The position numbers were made by a program, and so were the translations under genes. From Eledone cirrhosa (taxonomy: Eukaryota), in NCBI GenBank assembly GCA_964016885.1, contig OZ024746.1, positions 63,550,001 to 63,614,000 on the forward strand: 64,000 bases of DNA, in the 5' to 3' direction. Below the pieces are notes generated by a model. It worked only from the letters and a program-made list of their open reading frames with translations. It had not been told where the DNA came from and searched no databases. Below, piece by piece: positions 23,456-38,239 of the stretch. Position 1 is the stretch's first letter. The number at the start of each line of letters is the position of its first letter.

Positions 23456-25598
23456 CAATCAAAGATATGAAGACGGGTAAGGCGGCTGGGCCTTCGGAAA
23501 TAGTTGCTGAGATGCTGAAGGCATCTGGTTCGGTGGGACACACCATGGTCACCCGGATAGTTAACCAAGTCGTACAGAATGGGGTTGTTCCGAAGGAATG
23601 GCGTAGCAGCATCATCGTTAACTGCTATAAGGGAAAAGGAGATGCCCTAGATAGGAGTAACTATAGAGGCATTAAATTAATCGACCAGGTCATGAAGGTC
23701 ACGGAAAAAGTAATAGCGCAACTAATCAGAGAGAGAATTGATCTAGATGAAATGCAGTTCGGGTTTGTGTCAGGCAAAAGTACCACAGAAGCTCTTTTCA
23801 TTGTACGACAACTACAGGAGAAGTACCTAGCTAAAAGTAAACCCCTATACTTAGCTTTTGTCGACTTGGAGAAAGCCTTCGACAGAGTCCCCCGTTCCAT
23901 TATCTGGTGGTCTCTTAGAAAACTAGGTGTTGACGAATGGCTTGTGAGAGCTATACAAGCCATGTATAAAGAAACAGTCAGTAAGGTTAGAATTAACAAC
24001 GAATATAGTGAAGAGTTTAGCGTAAAAGTTGGTGTCCATCAGGGCTCTGTACTTAGCCCCCTACTATTTATTATTGCCCTTCAGGCTATAACAGAGGAGT
24101 TCAAGACCGGCTGCCCATGGGACCTCCTATACGCAGATGATCTAACGCTCATAGCTGAATCAATGACCGAACTAGAGAAGAAATTCCAAACGTGGAAGCA
24201 CGGCCTAGAATCAAAAGGCCTTAAAATTAACCTGGCTAATACTAAAGTTCTAGTTTGTAGGAAAGAAAATAAGGCGGCGGTCCCATCGGGGAAATGGCCA
24301 TGCTCAGTGTGTAGGAAAGGCGTAGGTAGAAACTCCATTTTATGTCCCAAATGCAAAGTATGGGTGCATAAAAGATGTAGTGGGATCACAGGTAAGCTAA
24401 CTAAGAACATAGATTTTACATGTGGCCGGTGCTCTGGTGCAATAAGTAGCAGCAAGTGCCCACAAAATACTAGCTCCTTCAACTGCGCAGAGGGTTCTAT
24501 AGAAATAGTGGACAGCTTCCGTTATCTGGGTGACAAAATCAGCAGTGGGGGAGGGTGCTCTGAAAGTACAGTAGCTAGAGTCAGAACTGGATGGAAAAAG
24601 TTCAGAGAGCTTATACCACTATTAGCCGCTAGAGGGTTCTCCCTAAAAATGAAAGGCAGGTTATACGATGCCTGCATACGAACAGCAATGCTGCATGGCG
24701 GTGAGACCTGGGCATTGTGTGCAGAGGATATACGCAGACTAGAGAGGAACGAAGCTTGCATGCTCCGCTGGATGTGCAATAGTAATATACGTGAACGGCA
24801 AAGCATAAACGAACTAAGGAAAAAATTAGAAATAAGAGGGATCAGATGTTGTTTACTCGAGAGAAGGCTACGTTGGTACGGTCACGTGATGCGCATGAAA
24901 GACGACAGCTGTATAACAAAGTGCAGGGCAATAAAGATAGACGGTAGCCACGGAGTAGGCAGACCCAGAAAAACATGGGACGAGCTGATAAATTCCGACC
25001 TCACACGCTTACACCTCTCCAAGACAATGTCACTGGACCGAGACCTTTGGCGGTACTCAGTAATAGAGAAGACCCGCCTTACCTAAATACAAAGTAAAAA
25101 CCTACTACAGTCAGTAGGCACCTCTATCAAAACACACCCCCGTCCCACCACCTCCACCCCACCCACACCGCCCCTCTCAATGTAAAGTTATGTTGGTCCC
25201 ACAACATCCAGGCCGAAACAAATGAGATCGTGTAGGTGTCACGACAAAAAACACACAGTCCACACTGTAAATGTGGCCGTGTAGGCAACACGGTAAAAAC
25301 CTCCCAGCCCCACACTGTAAATGTGGTTGGTGTTAGGAAGGGCATCCAGCTGCAGAAAACCCGCCAGACAGTCCACGCTGTAATGTGGCCGTGTAGGCAA
25401 CACGGTAAAAACCTCCCAGCCCCACACTGTAAATGTGGTTGGTGTTAGGAAGGGCATCCAACTGTAGAAAACCCGCCAGACAGTCCTATGCGAGCAAGAC
25501 AACCACTCTTGCCTCAAGTGGGAAAACCCCCGTCCAAACCCATGCAAGCGTGGAACACGGACGCTAAACCTGATGATGATGATGATGATGATGATGAT
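23456..25598 (+). mobile_element. RTE-type LINE family A, 5'-truncated, uninterrupted RT ORF (23467-25086, 539 aa)
   Basis: RT motifs NYRGIKL, QFGF, DLEKAFD, GVHQGSVLSP, YADD, FRYLG; embedded PHD-like finger; no endonuclease. Confidence 0.97.
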
Positions 25599-25706
25599 AT
25601 ATATATATATACATACATATATATACATATATATACATATATATATATACATACATATATACATATATATACATATATATACATATATATACATATACAT
25701 ATATAC

Positions 25707-25786
<80 letters not shown>

Positions 25787-25856
25787 ACATATATATATAT
25801 ATACATATATATACATACATATATATATACATATATATACATACATATATATATAC

Positions 25857-25907
<51 letters not shown>

Positions 25908-25976
25908 CATAAATATATATACATACATATATATATATACATACATATATATATATACATACATACATATATATAC

Positions 25977-26024
<48 letters not shown>

Positions 26025-26118
26025 ACATACATATATATATATACATACATATATATATATACATACATATATATATATACATACATATATATATACATAC
26101 ATATATATATATACATAC

Positions 26119-26169
<51 letters not shown>

Positions 26170-26192
26170 CATACATATATATATATACATAC

Positions 26193-26261
<69 letters not shown>

Positions 26262-26302
26262 CATACATATATATATATACATACATATATATATATACAT
26301 AC

Positions 26303-26333
<31 letters not shown>

Positions 26334-26338
26334 CATAC

Positions 26339-26369
<31 letters not shown>

Positions 26370-26392
26370 CATACATATATATATATACATAC

Positions 26393-26423
<31 letters not shown>

Positions 26424-26436
26424 CATATATATATAC

Positions 26437-26467
<31 letters not shown>

Positions 26468-26486
26468 CATATATATATATACATAC

Positions 26487-26531
<45 letters not shown>

Positions 26532-26539
26532 CATACATA
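25599..26539. repeat. (TA/TACA)n microsatellite
   Basis: Seen directly in the sequence. Confidence 0.98.
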
Positions 26540-28344
26540 TAACTTTGAATAACTTTGAAATGTTTTGGCCAGTATTGGCCCAGGCCATGTCTAACTTAAT
26601 AGCACCACCTGGCGAAGTCTTTCAATTCAGGATTTGGGCACCATGGCCCATTCGAGAAGAGAATTACTGTTTGCGGAGACATATCCGGGTGGGGGTGGTT
26701 TGTCCGGGATTACTTGGAGGAATTTGTCCAAAGACTTCTTGAATTTTGTGTGGTCAGTTTCTGTTTTGACGTGTCCTGGTGTGATGTTGAAGAGAGCAGG
26801 GCCGATTGAGGTGAAATAATTGTGCCGTATTGTTGTTATGAGTTGCGATTTAGATTTTTGAATGGGACGGATAGCACGGGGCCCAAGCCTTGGGTGTATC
26901 TTGAAGGCGATGCCAACATCATTTGGGCAGTGATGATGGAACATTTTCCACATCATGCAGATAATATAACGCTCACGGCGACGTTGGAGTGAGTAAAGTT
27001 TCAGGTTTTCCAATCGACCCCAGTAGTCAAGGTCTGACATGCCATCTATCTTTTTCGTGATTGCCCTTTGAGGAGCTTCAAGTTTCATGATACTTTGTTT
27101 CGTGTGGGGAGACCACAGTGGACAACAGTATTCAAGGTGTGGTCGGGCGAAAGTAGAGAAGAGAAGGATAATGGTGCGGGAATCTCTCGACTGGAAGGTT
27201 CTGAGGATCCAGGAACACATTCTGCGGGCCATGTCAACTTTGCTGCTTATATGCGTGGTCCAGCTTATGTTGCTGTCCACGGTTACTCCCAAGTCTCTGA
27301 TGTTGTTAGATGCCACGAGAGTTTCCCCGGAGGGAAGGGAGTACGGGAGTTTCAGAGCATCCTCTTTTCCAAAGTGGATCAGTTCGAATTTGTCTTCGTT
27401 CAGTAACATGTTGTTCTTTTCTGCCCATTGGGTAACAGCCAGTAGGTCTGACTGAAGGCTTATCCGGTCATCCACGCCATTGATGACCTTTTGGAGCTTG
27501 GAATCATCAGCGAAAATTTTAATGTTGCTGTGTTTGATGATGTCAGTGATGTCATTAATATAGATGATGAAGAGAAGTGGGCCCAACACAGTGCCTTGTG
27601 GGACTCCACTACTGACTTTGGCTGGGCTTGATTTGACTCCCTCAACTACAACATGTTGGGTTCTGTTTGACAGGAAGCTCTTGATCCACTGCAGCAGCTT
27701 TCCAGTGACACCAATATTGGACAGCTTTCTCAGTAGAATGTTATGATCAACCCTGTCAAAGGCCTTGCTGAAATCAAGGTAGATAACATCAGTGTTGGAA
27801 CCCTCTCCCAAGGCTCTCAAAATGTCATCAAAGTGATGCAGTAGTTGCGTCAGGCAATCCCTTCCATTACGGAATCCATGCTGGTTGGAGTTCAGCATAT
27901 TGTTACTCTCAAGGAAGTGGGTCATTCGCGATCTCACCACTCGCTCAAATACCTTAATGATATGAGAGGTGAGTGAGATTGGACGGTAATTCACGGCAAG
28001 GGATTTGTTTCCCTTTTTGAAAACTGGGACAACAGACTGGGATAGAAGGTTTTCTGGCACATATCCAGCATCCAGTGAGTTCCGCCACAGATTGGCAAGA
28101 GGAGAAGCAAGTTGGTGTTGACACGCCTTCAAGACACAAGCAGGGAACCTATCGGGACCTACTGCTGAATTATGCTTGATTTCCTTTATTGCCGCCAAGA
28201 CATCAGGGGCGCCAAACGTTATGTCCGATAAGGTGTAATGGGGAGTAACATCGCCGATACAGCCCAGATCGGCCATATCAGGATTGCTGAAAACAGAGCA
28301 GTATTGTTTCTGCAGTATCTCACCCATGGTTTTAGCATTGTCTT
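26540..28344 (-). mobile_element. CR1-group LINE, 5'-truncated, uninterrupted RT ORF (26627-28327, 566 aa)
   Basis: NYRPISLTS, QHGF, DFSKAFD, SGVPQGTVLGPLLF, FADD, RDLGV, RPHLEYC; short (TTCAAAGTTA)-type tail at 26540-26560. Confidence 0.97.
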
Positions 28345-28498
28345 ATATATATACATACATACATATACATACACATATATATATATATACATACATACAT
28401 ATACATACATATATATATATATATACATACATACATATACATACATATATATATATATATATATACATACATACATATACATACATATATATATACAT

Positions 28499-28530
<32 letters not shown>

Positions 28531-28845
28531 ATACATACATATACATATATATATATACATACATACATATACATACATATATATATATATATACATACAT
28601 ACATATACATACATATATATATATTATATATACATACATACATATACATACATATATATATATTATATATACATACATACATATATATATATTATATATA
28701 CATACATACATATACATACATATATATATATATACATACATACATATACATACATACATATATATATATATATACATACATACATACACATACATATATA
28801 TATACATACATACATACACATACATATATATATACATACATACAT

Positions 28846-28880
<35 letters not shown>

Positions 28881-29051
28881 CATACATACATATACATACA
28901 TATATATATATATATATACATACATACATATACATATATATATATATATACATACATACATATACATATATATATATATAAATACATACATATACATACA
29001 TATATATATATATATACATACATACATATATATATATATATACATACATAC

Positions 29052-29083
<32 letters not shown>

Positions 29084-29151
29084 ATACATACATATACATA
29101 TATATATACATACATACATATACATACATATATATATATATATACATACAT

Positions 29152-29184
<33 letters not shown>

Positions 29185-29191
29185 CATACAT

Positions 29192-29222
<31 letters not shown>

Positions 29223-29441
29223 CATACATACATATACATACATATATATATATATATACATACATACATATACATACATATATATATATATATACATACA
29301 TACATATACATACATATATATATATATATACATACATACATATACATACATATATACATACATACATATACATACATACATATATATATATACATACATA
29401 CATATACATACATATATATATATATATATACATACATACAT

Positions 29442-29473
<32 letters not shown>

Positions 29474-30049
29474 ATACATACATACACATACATATATATA
29501 TATATATATATACATACATACATACACATACATATATATATATATATATACATACATACATATACATACATATATATATATATATATACATACATACATA
29601 TACATACATATATATATATATATATACATACATACATATACATACATATATATATATATATATACATACATACATATACATACATATATATATATATATA
29701 TATACATACATACATATACATACATATATATATATATATATACATACATACATATACATACATATATATATATATATATACATACATACATATACATACA
29801 TATATATATATATATATACATACATATACATACATATATATATATATATATACATACATATACATACATATATATATATATATATACATACATACATATA
29901 CATACATATATATATATATACATACATACATACATATACATACATACATATATATATATATATACATACATACATATACATACATATATATATATATACA
30001 TACATACATATACATACATATATATATATATATATATACATACATACAT

Positions 30050-30084
<35 letters not shown>

Positions 30085-30095
30085 CATACATACAT

Positions 30096-30128
<33 letters not shown>

Positions 30129-30139
30129 CATACATACAT

Positions 30140-30174
<35 letters not shown>

Positions 30175-30225
30175 CATACATACATATACATACATACATA
30201 CATATATATATATATATACATACAT

Positions 30226-30316
<91 letters not shown>

Positions 30317-30407
30317 CATACATACATATACATACATATATATATATATATATATACATACATACATATACATACATATATATATATATATATATACATA
30401 CATACAT

Positions 30408-30438
<31 letters not shown>

Positions 30439-30487
30439 CATACATACATATACATACATATATATATATATATATACATACATACAT

Positions 30488-30518
<31 letters not shown>

Positions 30519-30801
30519 CATACATACATACATATATATATATACATACATACATATACATATATATATATATATACATACATACATATACATATACATA
30601 CATACATATACATATATATATATATATATACATACATACATATACATATATATACATACATACATACACATATATATATATATATATATACATACATACA
30701 TATACATATATATATACATATACATACATACATATACATATATATATACATACATATACATATATATATACATACATACATATATATATATATACATACA
30801 T

Positions 30802-30835
<34 letters not shown>

Positions 30836-30843
30836 ATATATAT

Positions 30844-30876
<33 letters not shown>

Positions 30877-30925
30877 CATACATACATATACATACATACA
30901 TACATACATACATACATACATACAT
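28345..30925. repeat. (TA/TACA)n microsatellite, about 2.6 kb
   Basis: Seen directly in the sequence. Confidence 0.98.
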
Positions 30926-32896
30926 CCATCCTCATCCTCATCCTCATCATCATCATCATCAACGTTTCACGTCCATGTTCCACGCTTGCATGGGTTTGGA
31001 CGGGGGTTTTCCCACTTGAGGCAAGAGTGATTGTCTTGCTCGCATAGGACTGTCTGGCAGGTTTTCTACAGTTGGATGCCCTTCCTAACACCAACCACAT
31101 TTACAGTGTGGGTCTGGGAGGTTTTTACCGTGTTTCCTACACGGCCACATTACAGCGTGGACTGTCTGGCGGGTTTTCTACAGTTGGATGCCCTTCCTAA
31201 CACCAACCACATTTACAGTGTGGGTCTGGGAGGTTTTTACCGTGTTGCCTACACGGCCACATTACAGCGTGGACTGTGTGTTTTTTTGTCGTGACACCTA
31301 CACGATCTCATTTGTTTCGGCCTCGATGGCGCGGCACCAACATAACTTTACATAGAACGGGGTGGTGTGGATCGGGTGGGGGTGGTGGTGGTGGGACGGG
31401 GTGTATTTTGTTAGAGATGCCTACTGGCTGGAGTAGGTTTTACTATATATTTAGGTAAGGCGGGTCTTCTCTGTTACTGAGTACCGCCAAAGGTCTCGGT
31501 CCAGTGACATTGTCTTGGAGAGGTGTAAGTGTGTGATGTCGGAGTTTATCAGCTCGTCCCAGGTTTTTCTAGGTCTGCCTATTCCGTGACTACCGTCTAT
31601 CTTTATTGCCCTGCACTTTGTTATACAGCTATCGACTTTCATGCGCATCACGTGTCCATACCAACGTAGCCTTCTCTCGAGTAAACAACATCTGATCCCT
31701 CTTATCTCTAATTTTTTCCTTAGTTCGTTTATGCTTTGCCGTTCACGTATATTACTGTTACACATCCAGCGGAGCATGCAAGCTTCGTTCCTCTCTAGTC
31801 TGCGTATATCCTCTGCACACAATGCCCAGGTCTCACTGCCATGCAGCATTGCTGTTCGTATGCAGGCATCGTACAACCTGCCTTTCATTTTTAGTGAGAA
31901 CCCTTTAGCAGCTAATAGTGGTATAAGCTCTCTGAACTTTTTCCAACCAGTTCTGACTCTAGCTACAGTACTTTCAGAGCACCCTCCCCCACTGCTGATT
32001 TTATCGCCCAGGTAACGGAAGCTGTCCACTATTTCTATAGAACCCTCTGCGCAATTGAAAGAGCTAGTAGTTTGTGGGCACTTGCTGCTACTTATTGCAC
32101 CAGAGCACCGGCCACATGTAAAATCTATGTTCTTAGTTAGCTTACCTGTGATCCCACTACATCTTTTATGCACCCATACTTTGCATTTAGGACATAAAAT
32201 GGAGTTTCTACCTACGCCTTTCCTACACACCGAGCACGACCATTTCCCAGAAGGGACCGCCGCCTTGTTTTCTTTCCTACAAACTAGTACTTTGGTCTTA
32301 GCCAGGTTAATTTTAAGTCCTTTTGACTCTAGGCCGTGCTTCCATGTTTGGAATTTCTTCTCTAGCTCGGCCATTGATTCCGCTATGAGTGTCAGGTCGT
32401 CTGCGTATAGGAGTTCCCATGGGCAGCCTGTCTTGAACTCCTCTGTTATAGCCTGAAGGGCAATAATAAATAGTAGTGGACTGAGAACAGAGCCCTGATG
32501 GACGCCAACTTTTACGCTAAACTCTTCACTATATTCGTTGTTAATTCTAACCTTACTGACTGTTTCTTTATACATGGCTTGTATAGCCCTCACAAGCCAT
32601 TCGTCAACGCCTAGTTTTCTAAGAGCCCACCAGATAATGGAGCGGGGGACTCTGTCGAAGGCTTTCTCCAAGTCGACAAAAGCTAAGTAGAGGGGTTTAC
32701 CTTTAGCTAGGTACTTCTCCTGTAGTTGTCGTACTATGAAAAGAGCGTCTGTGGTACTTTTGCCTGACACAAACCCGAACTGCATTTCATCTAGGTCAAT
32801 TCTCTCTCTGATTAGTTGCGCTATTACTCTTTCCGTGACCTTCATGACCTGGTCGATTAATTTAATGCCTCTATAGTTACTCCTATCTAGGGCGTC
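30926..32896 (-). mobile_element. RTE-type LINE family A, 5'-truncated (ORF 31451-32845)
   Basis: Near-identical protein to 23467-25086; YADD. Confidence 0.97.
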
Positions 32897-32910
32897 ATAT
32901 ATATATATAT

Positions 32911-33996
32911 ATCATCATCATCATCATCACCGTTTTACGTCCGTTCTTCCACGCTAGCATGGGTTAGACGGGTTGTCCTGTTGTGGGCAGTGTCTGGTCG
33001 GCTGACCATGCCTTGCTCATACAGGAACTGATCTGGCTTGATTTCTACAGCTGGATGCCCTTCCTAACACCAACCTCATTTACAGTGAGTGCTGGGTGCT
33101 TTTTCGTGGCGCCTACACGTCCACTTTACAGTGTGGGCTGGGTGCTTTTTTGCCGTGGCACCTCCACGACCACCTTGCGGTGGGGGGGGGGGGGGGCATA
33201 TTGTTTATATGCTTCAGCATGTACCCATGGGAGGTCGGGTACCCTGTATTACTGCGTGACGCCAGAAGTCACGGTCGTGTGTCATTGACTTTGAGAGGTG
33301 TAGTTGGGTAAGGTCGGCTCTTAGCACCTCATCCCAAGTCATCTTGGGTCTCCCCACTCCGCGGTTTCCATCAACTTCTAGTGCTCTGCACCTTTTTATG
33401 CAGCTGTCATCCTTCATACGCATCACATGTCCATACCAGCGTAACCGCCTCTCCTGCACGCAGCATTTGATTCCTCTTATGCTCAGTCTCTCTCTCAATT
33501 CATTTATGCTTTGTCGTTCACGTATATTACTGTTACACATCCATCGGAGCATGCAGGCTTCGTTTCTCTCTAATCTACGTAAGTCTTCCACCTTCAGCGC
33601 CCAGGTCTCACTACCATGCAACATCGCTGTTCGGATACACGCATCATACAGTCTGCCTTTCATTCTGAGGGAGAAGCCTTTTGCAGCTAGCAGTGGTAGT
33701 AGTTCCCTAAACTTCTTCCATCCCGTTCTTACCCTAGTTATTGTACTTTCTGAGCACCCACCTCCGTTGCTAATTCGGTCACCTAGGTAGCAGAAGCTGG
33801 CTACTGTTTCTACAGGGCCCTCCCAGAGATTGGTGGTACTTGTTTCCTGTGGCTGTTTGCTTGCTGTTTCAGCACAGCTGCTGCATGTGAATCCTACATT
33901 CTTAATTAAGCTTCCTGAGATCCCGCTACATCTCTTGTGTACCCATTGTTTGCATTTGGGGCAAAGAATGGAGTTCCTACCTACACCTTTCCTACA
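32911..33996 (-). mobile_element. RTE-type LINE family C, 5'-truncated
   Basis: [39 protein letters not shown], stop at 33214; its own 3' UTR and (GAT)n tail. Confidence 0.93.
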
Positions 33997-34137
33997 TACA
34001 TATATACATATATACATACATATATACATACATATATACATACATATATACATACATACATATACATACATATATACATACATATATACATACATACATA
34101 TACATACATATATACATACATACATATACATACATAT

Positions 34138-34170
<33 letters not shown>

Positions 34171-34537
34171 CATACATACATATACATATATATATATATA
34201 CATACATACATATACATATATATATATATACATACATACATATACATATATATATATATACATACATACATATACATATATATATATATACATACATACA
34301 TATACATATATATATATATACATACATACATATACATATATATATATATACATACATACATATACATATATATATATATACATACATACATATACATACA
34401 TATATATATACATACATACATATACATACATATATATATACATACATACATATACATACATATATATATACATACATACATATACATACATATATATATA
34501 CATACATATACATACATATATATATACATACATACAT

Positions 34538-34570
<33 letters not shown>

Positions 34571-34867
34571 CATACATACATATACATACATATATATATA
34601 TATACATACATACATACGTATACATACATACATATATATATATATACATACATACATACATATATATATATATACATACATACATACATACATATATATA
34701 TATATATACATACATACATATACATACATACATATATATATATACATACATACATACATATACATACATACATATATATATATATATACATACATACATA
34801 TACATACATACATACATATATATATATACATACATACATACATATACATACATACATATATATATAT

Positions 34868-34898
<31 letters not shown>

Positions 34899-35111
34899 CA
34901 TACATACATACATATACATACATACATATATATATATATACATACATACATATATATATATATATACATACATACATATATATATATATATACATACATA
35001 CATATACATACATACATATATATATATATACATACATACATATACATACATACATATATATATATATACATACATACATATACATATATATATATATATA
35101 CATACATACAT

Positions 35112-35143
<32 letters not shown>

Positions 35144-35567
35144 ATACATACACATATATATATATACATACATACATATACATATATATATATATACATA
35201 CATACATACATATACATATATATATATATACATACATACATATACATACATATACATATATATTATATACATACATACAATATTACATACATATATATAT
35301 ATATATATTATACATACATACATATACATACATATATATATATATATATATACATACAATACATATACATATATATATATATATACATACATATACATAT
35401 ATATATATATATACATACATACATATACATACATATATATATATATATATATACATACATACATATACATTATATATATATATATACATACATACACATA
35501 TATATTATATATACATACATACATATACATATATATATATATATACATACATACATATACATACATA

Positions 35568-35612
<45 letters not shown>

Positions 35613-35622
35613 ATACATACAT

Positions 35623-35653
<31 letters not shown>

Positions 35654-35776
35654 CATACATACATATACATACATATATATATATATATATATACATACAT
35701 ACATATACATACATATATATATATATATATATACATACATACATATACATATATATATATATATACATACATACAT

Positions 35777-35807
<31 letters not shown>

Positions 35808-35818
35808 CATACATACAT

Positions 35819-35849
<31 letters not shown>

Positions 35850-36086
35850 CATACATACATATACATATATATATATATATATACATACATACATACATAT
35901 ACATACATATATATATATATATATACATACATACATATACATATATATATATATATATATACATACATACATACATATACATATATATATATATATATAT
36001 ATACATACATACATATACATACATATATATATATATATATATACATACATACATATACATACATATATATATATACATACATACAT

Positions 36087-36129
<43 letters not shown>

Positions 36130-37235
36130 CATACATATACATATATATATATATTACACATACATACATACATATACATACATATATATATATATATATA
36201 TACATACATACATACATACATATATATATACACATACATACATACATACATATATATATATATACACATACATACATACATACATATATATATATACCAT
36301 ACATACATACATATATATATATACACATACATACATACATATATATATATACACATACATACATACATATATATATATATACACATACATACATACATAT
36401 ATATATATACACATACATACATACATATATATATATACACATACATACATACATATATATATATATACACATACATACATACATATATATATATATACAC
36501 ATACATACATACATATATATATATATACACATACATACATACATATAATATATATATACACATACATACATACATATATATATATATACACATACATACA
36601 TACATATATATATAATATACACATACATACATACATATATATATATATACACATACATACATACATATATACATACATACATATATATATATATATACAC
36701 ATACATACATACATACATATATATATATACACATACATACATACATACATATATATACATATACATACATATATATATATATATACACATACATACATAC
36801 ATACATATATATACATATACATACATATACATACATATACATACATATATATACATACATACATATACATATACATACATACATATACATACATACATAT
36901 ATATATACATACATATATATATACATACATATATATATACATATATATACATACATACATATATACATATATATATACATACATATATATATACATATAT
37001 ATATACATACATATATACATACATACATATATATATACATATATATATACATACATATATACATACATACATATATATATACATACATACATATATATAT
37101 ACATACATATATATATACATACATATATATATACATATATATATATATACATATATATATACATACATATATATATACATATATATATATATACATATAT
37201 ATATACATACATATATATATATACATACATACATA

Positions 37236-37267
<32 letters not shown>

Positions 37268-37286
37268 CATATATATACATACATAC

Positions 37287-37355
<69 letters not shown>

Positions 37356-37609
37356 TATATACATACATACATACATACATATATATATATACATACATAC
37401 ATACATACATATATATATACATACATACATACATACATATATATATATACATACATACATACATATATATATATACATACATACATATATATATATACAT
37501 ACATACATATATATATATATACATACATACATACATATATATACATACATACATACATACATACATACATACATACATACATACATACATACATACATAC
37601 ATACATACA

Positions 37610-37643
<34 letters not shown>

Positions 37644-38239
37644 CATACATACATACATATATACATACATATATATACATATATACATACATATATATAC
37701 ATATATACATACATATATATACATATATACATACATATATATACATATATACATACATATATATACATATATACATACATATATATACATATATACATAC
37801 ATATATATACATATATACATACATATATATACATATATACATACATATATATACATATATACATACATATATATACATATATACATACATATATATATAT
37901 ACATATATACATACATATATATACATATATACATACATATATATACATATATACATACATATATATACATATATACATACATATATATACATATATACAT
38001 ACATATATATACATATATACATACATATATATACATATATACATACATATATATACATATATACATACATATATATATATACATATATACATACATATAT
38101 ATATATACATATATACATATACATACATATATACATATACATATATACATATACATACATATACATATATACATATACATATATATACATATACATATAT
38201 ACATATATACATATACATACATATATATATACATACATA
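33997..38239. repeat. (TA/TACA)n microsatellite, about 4.2 kb, with local 30-bp higher-order periodicity
   Basis: Seen directly; a 30-mer repeats in phase at about 34171-34500. Confidence 0.98.
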
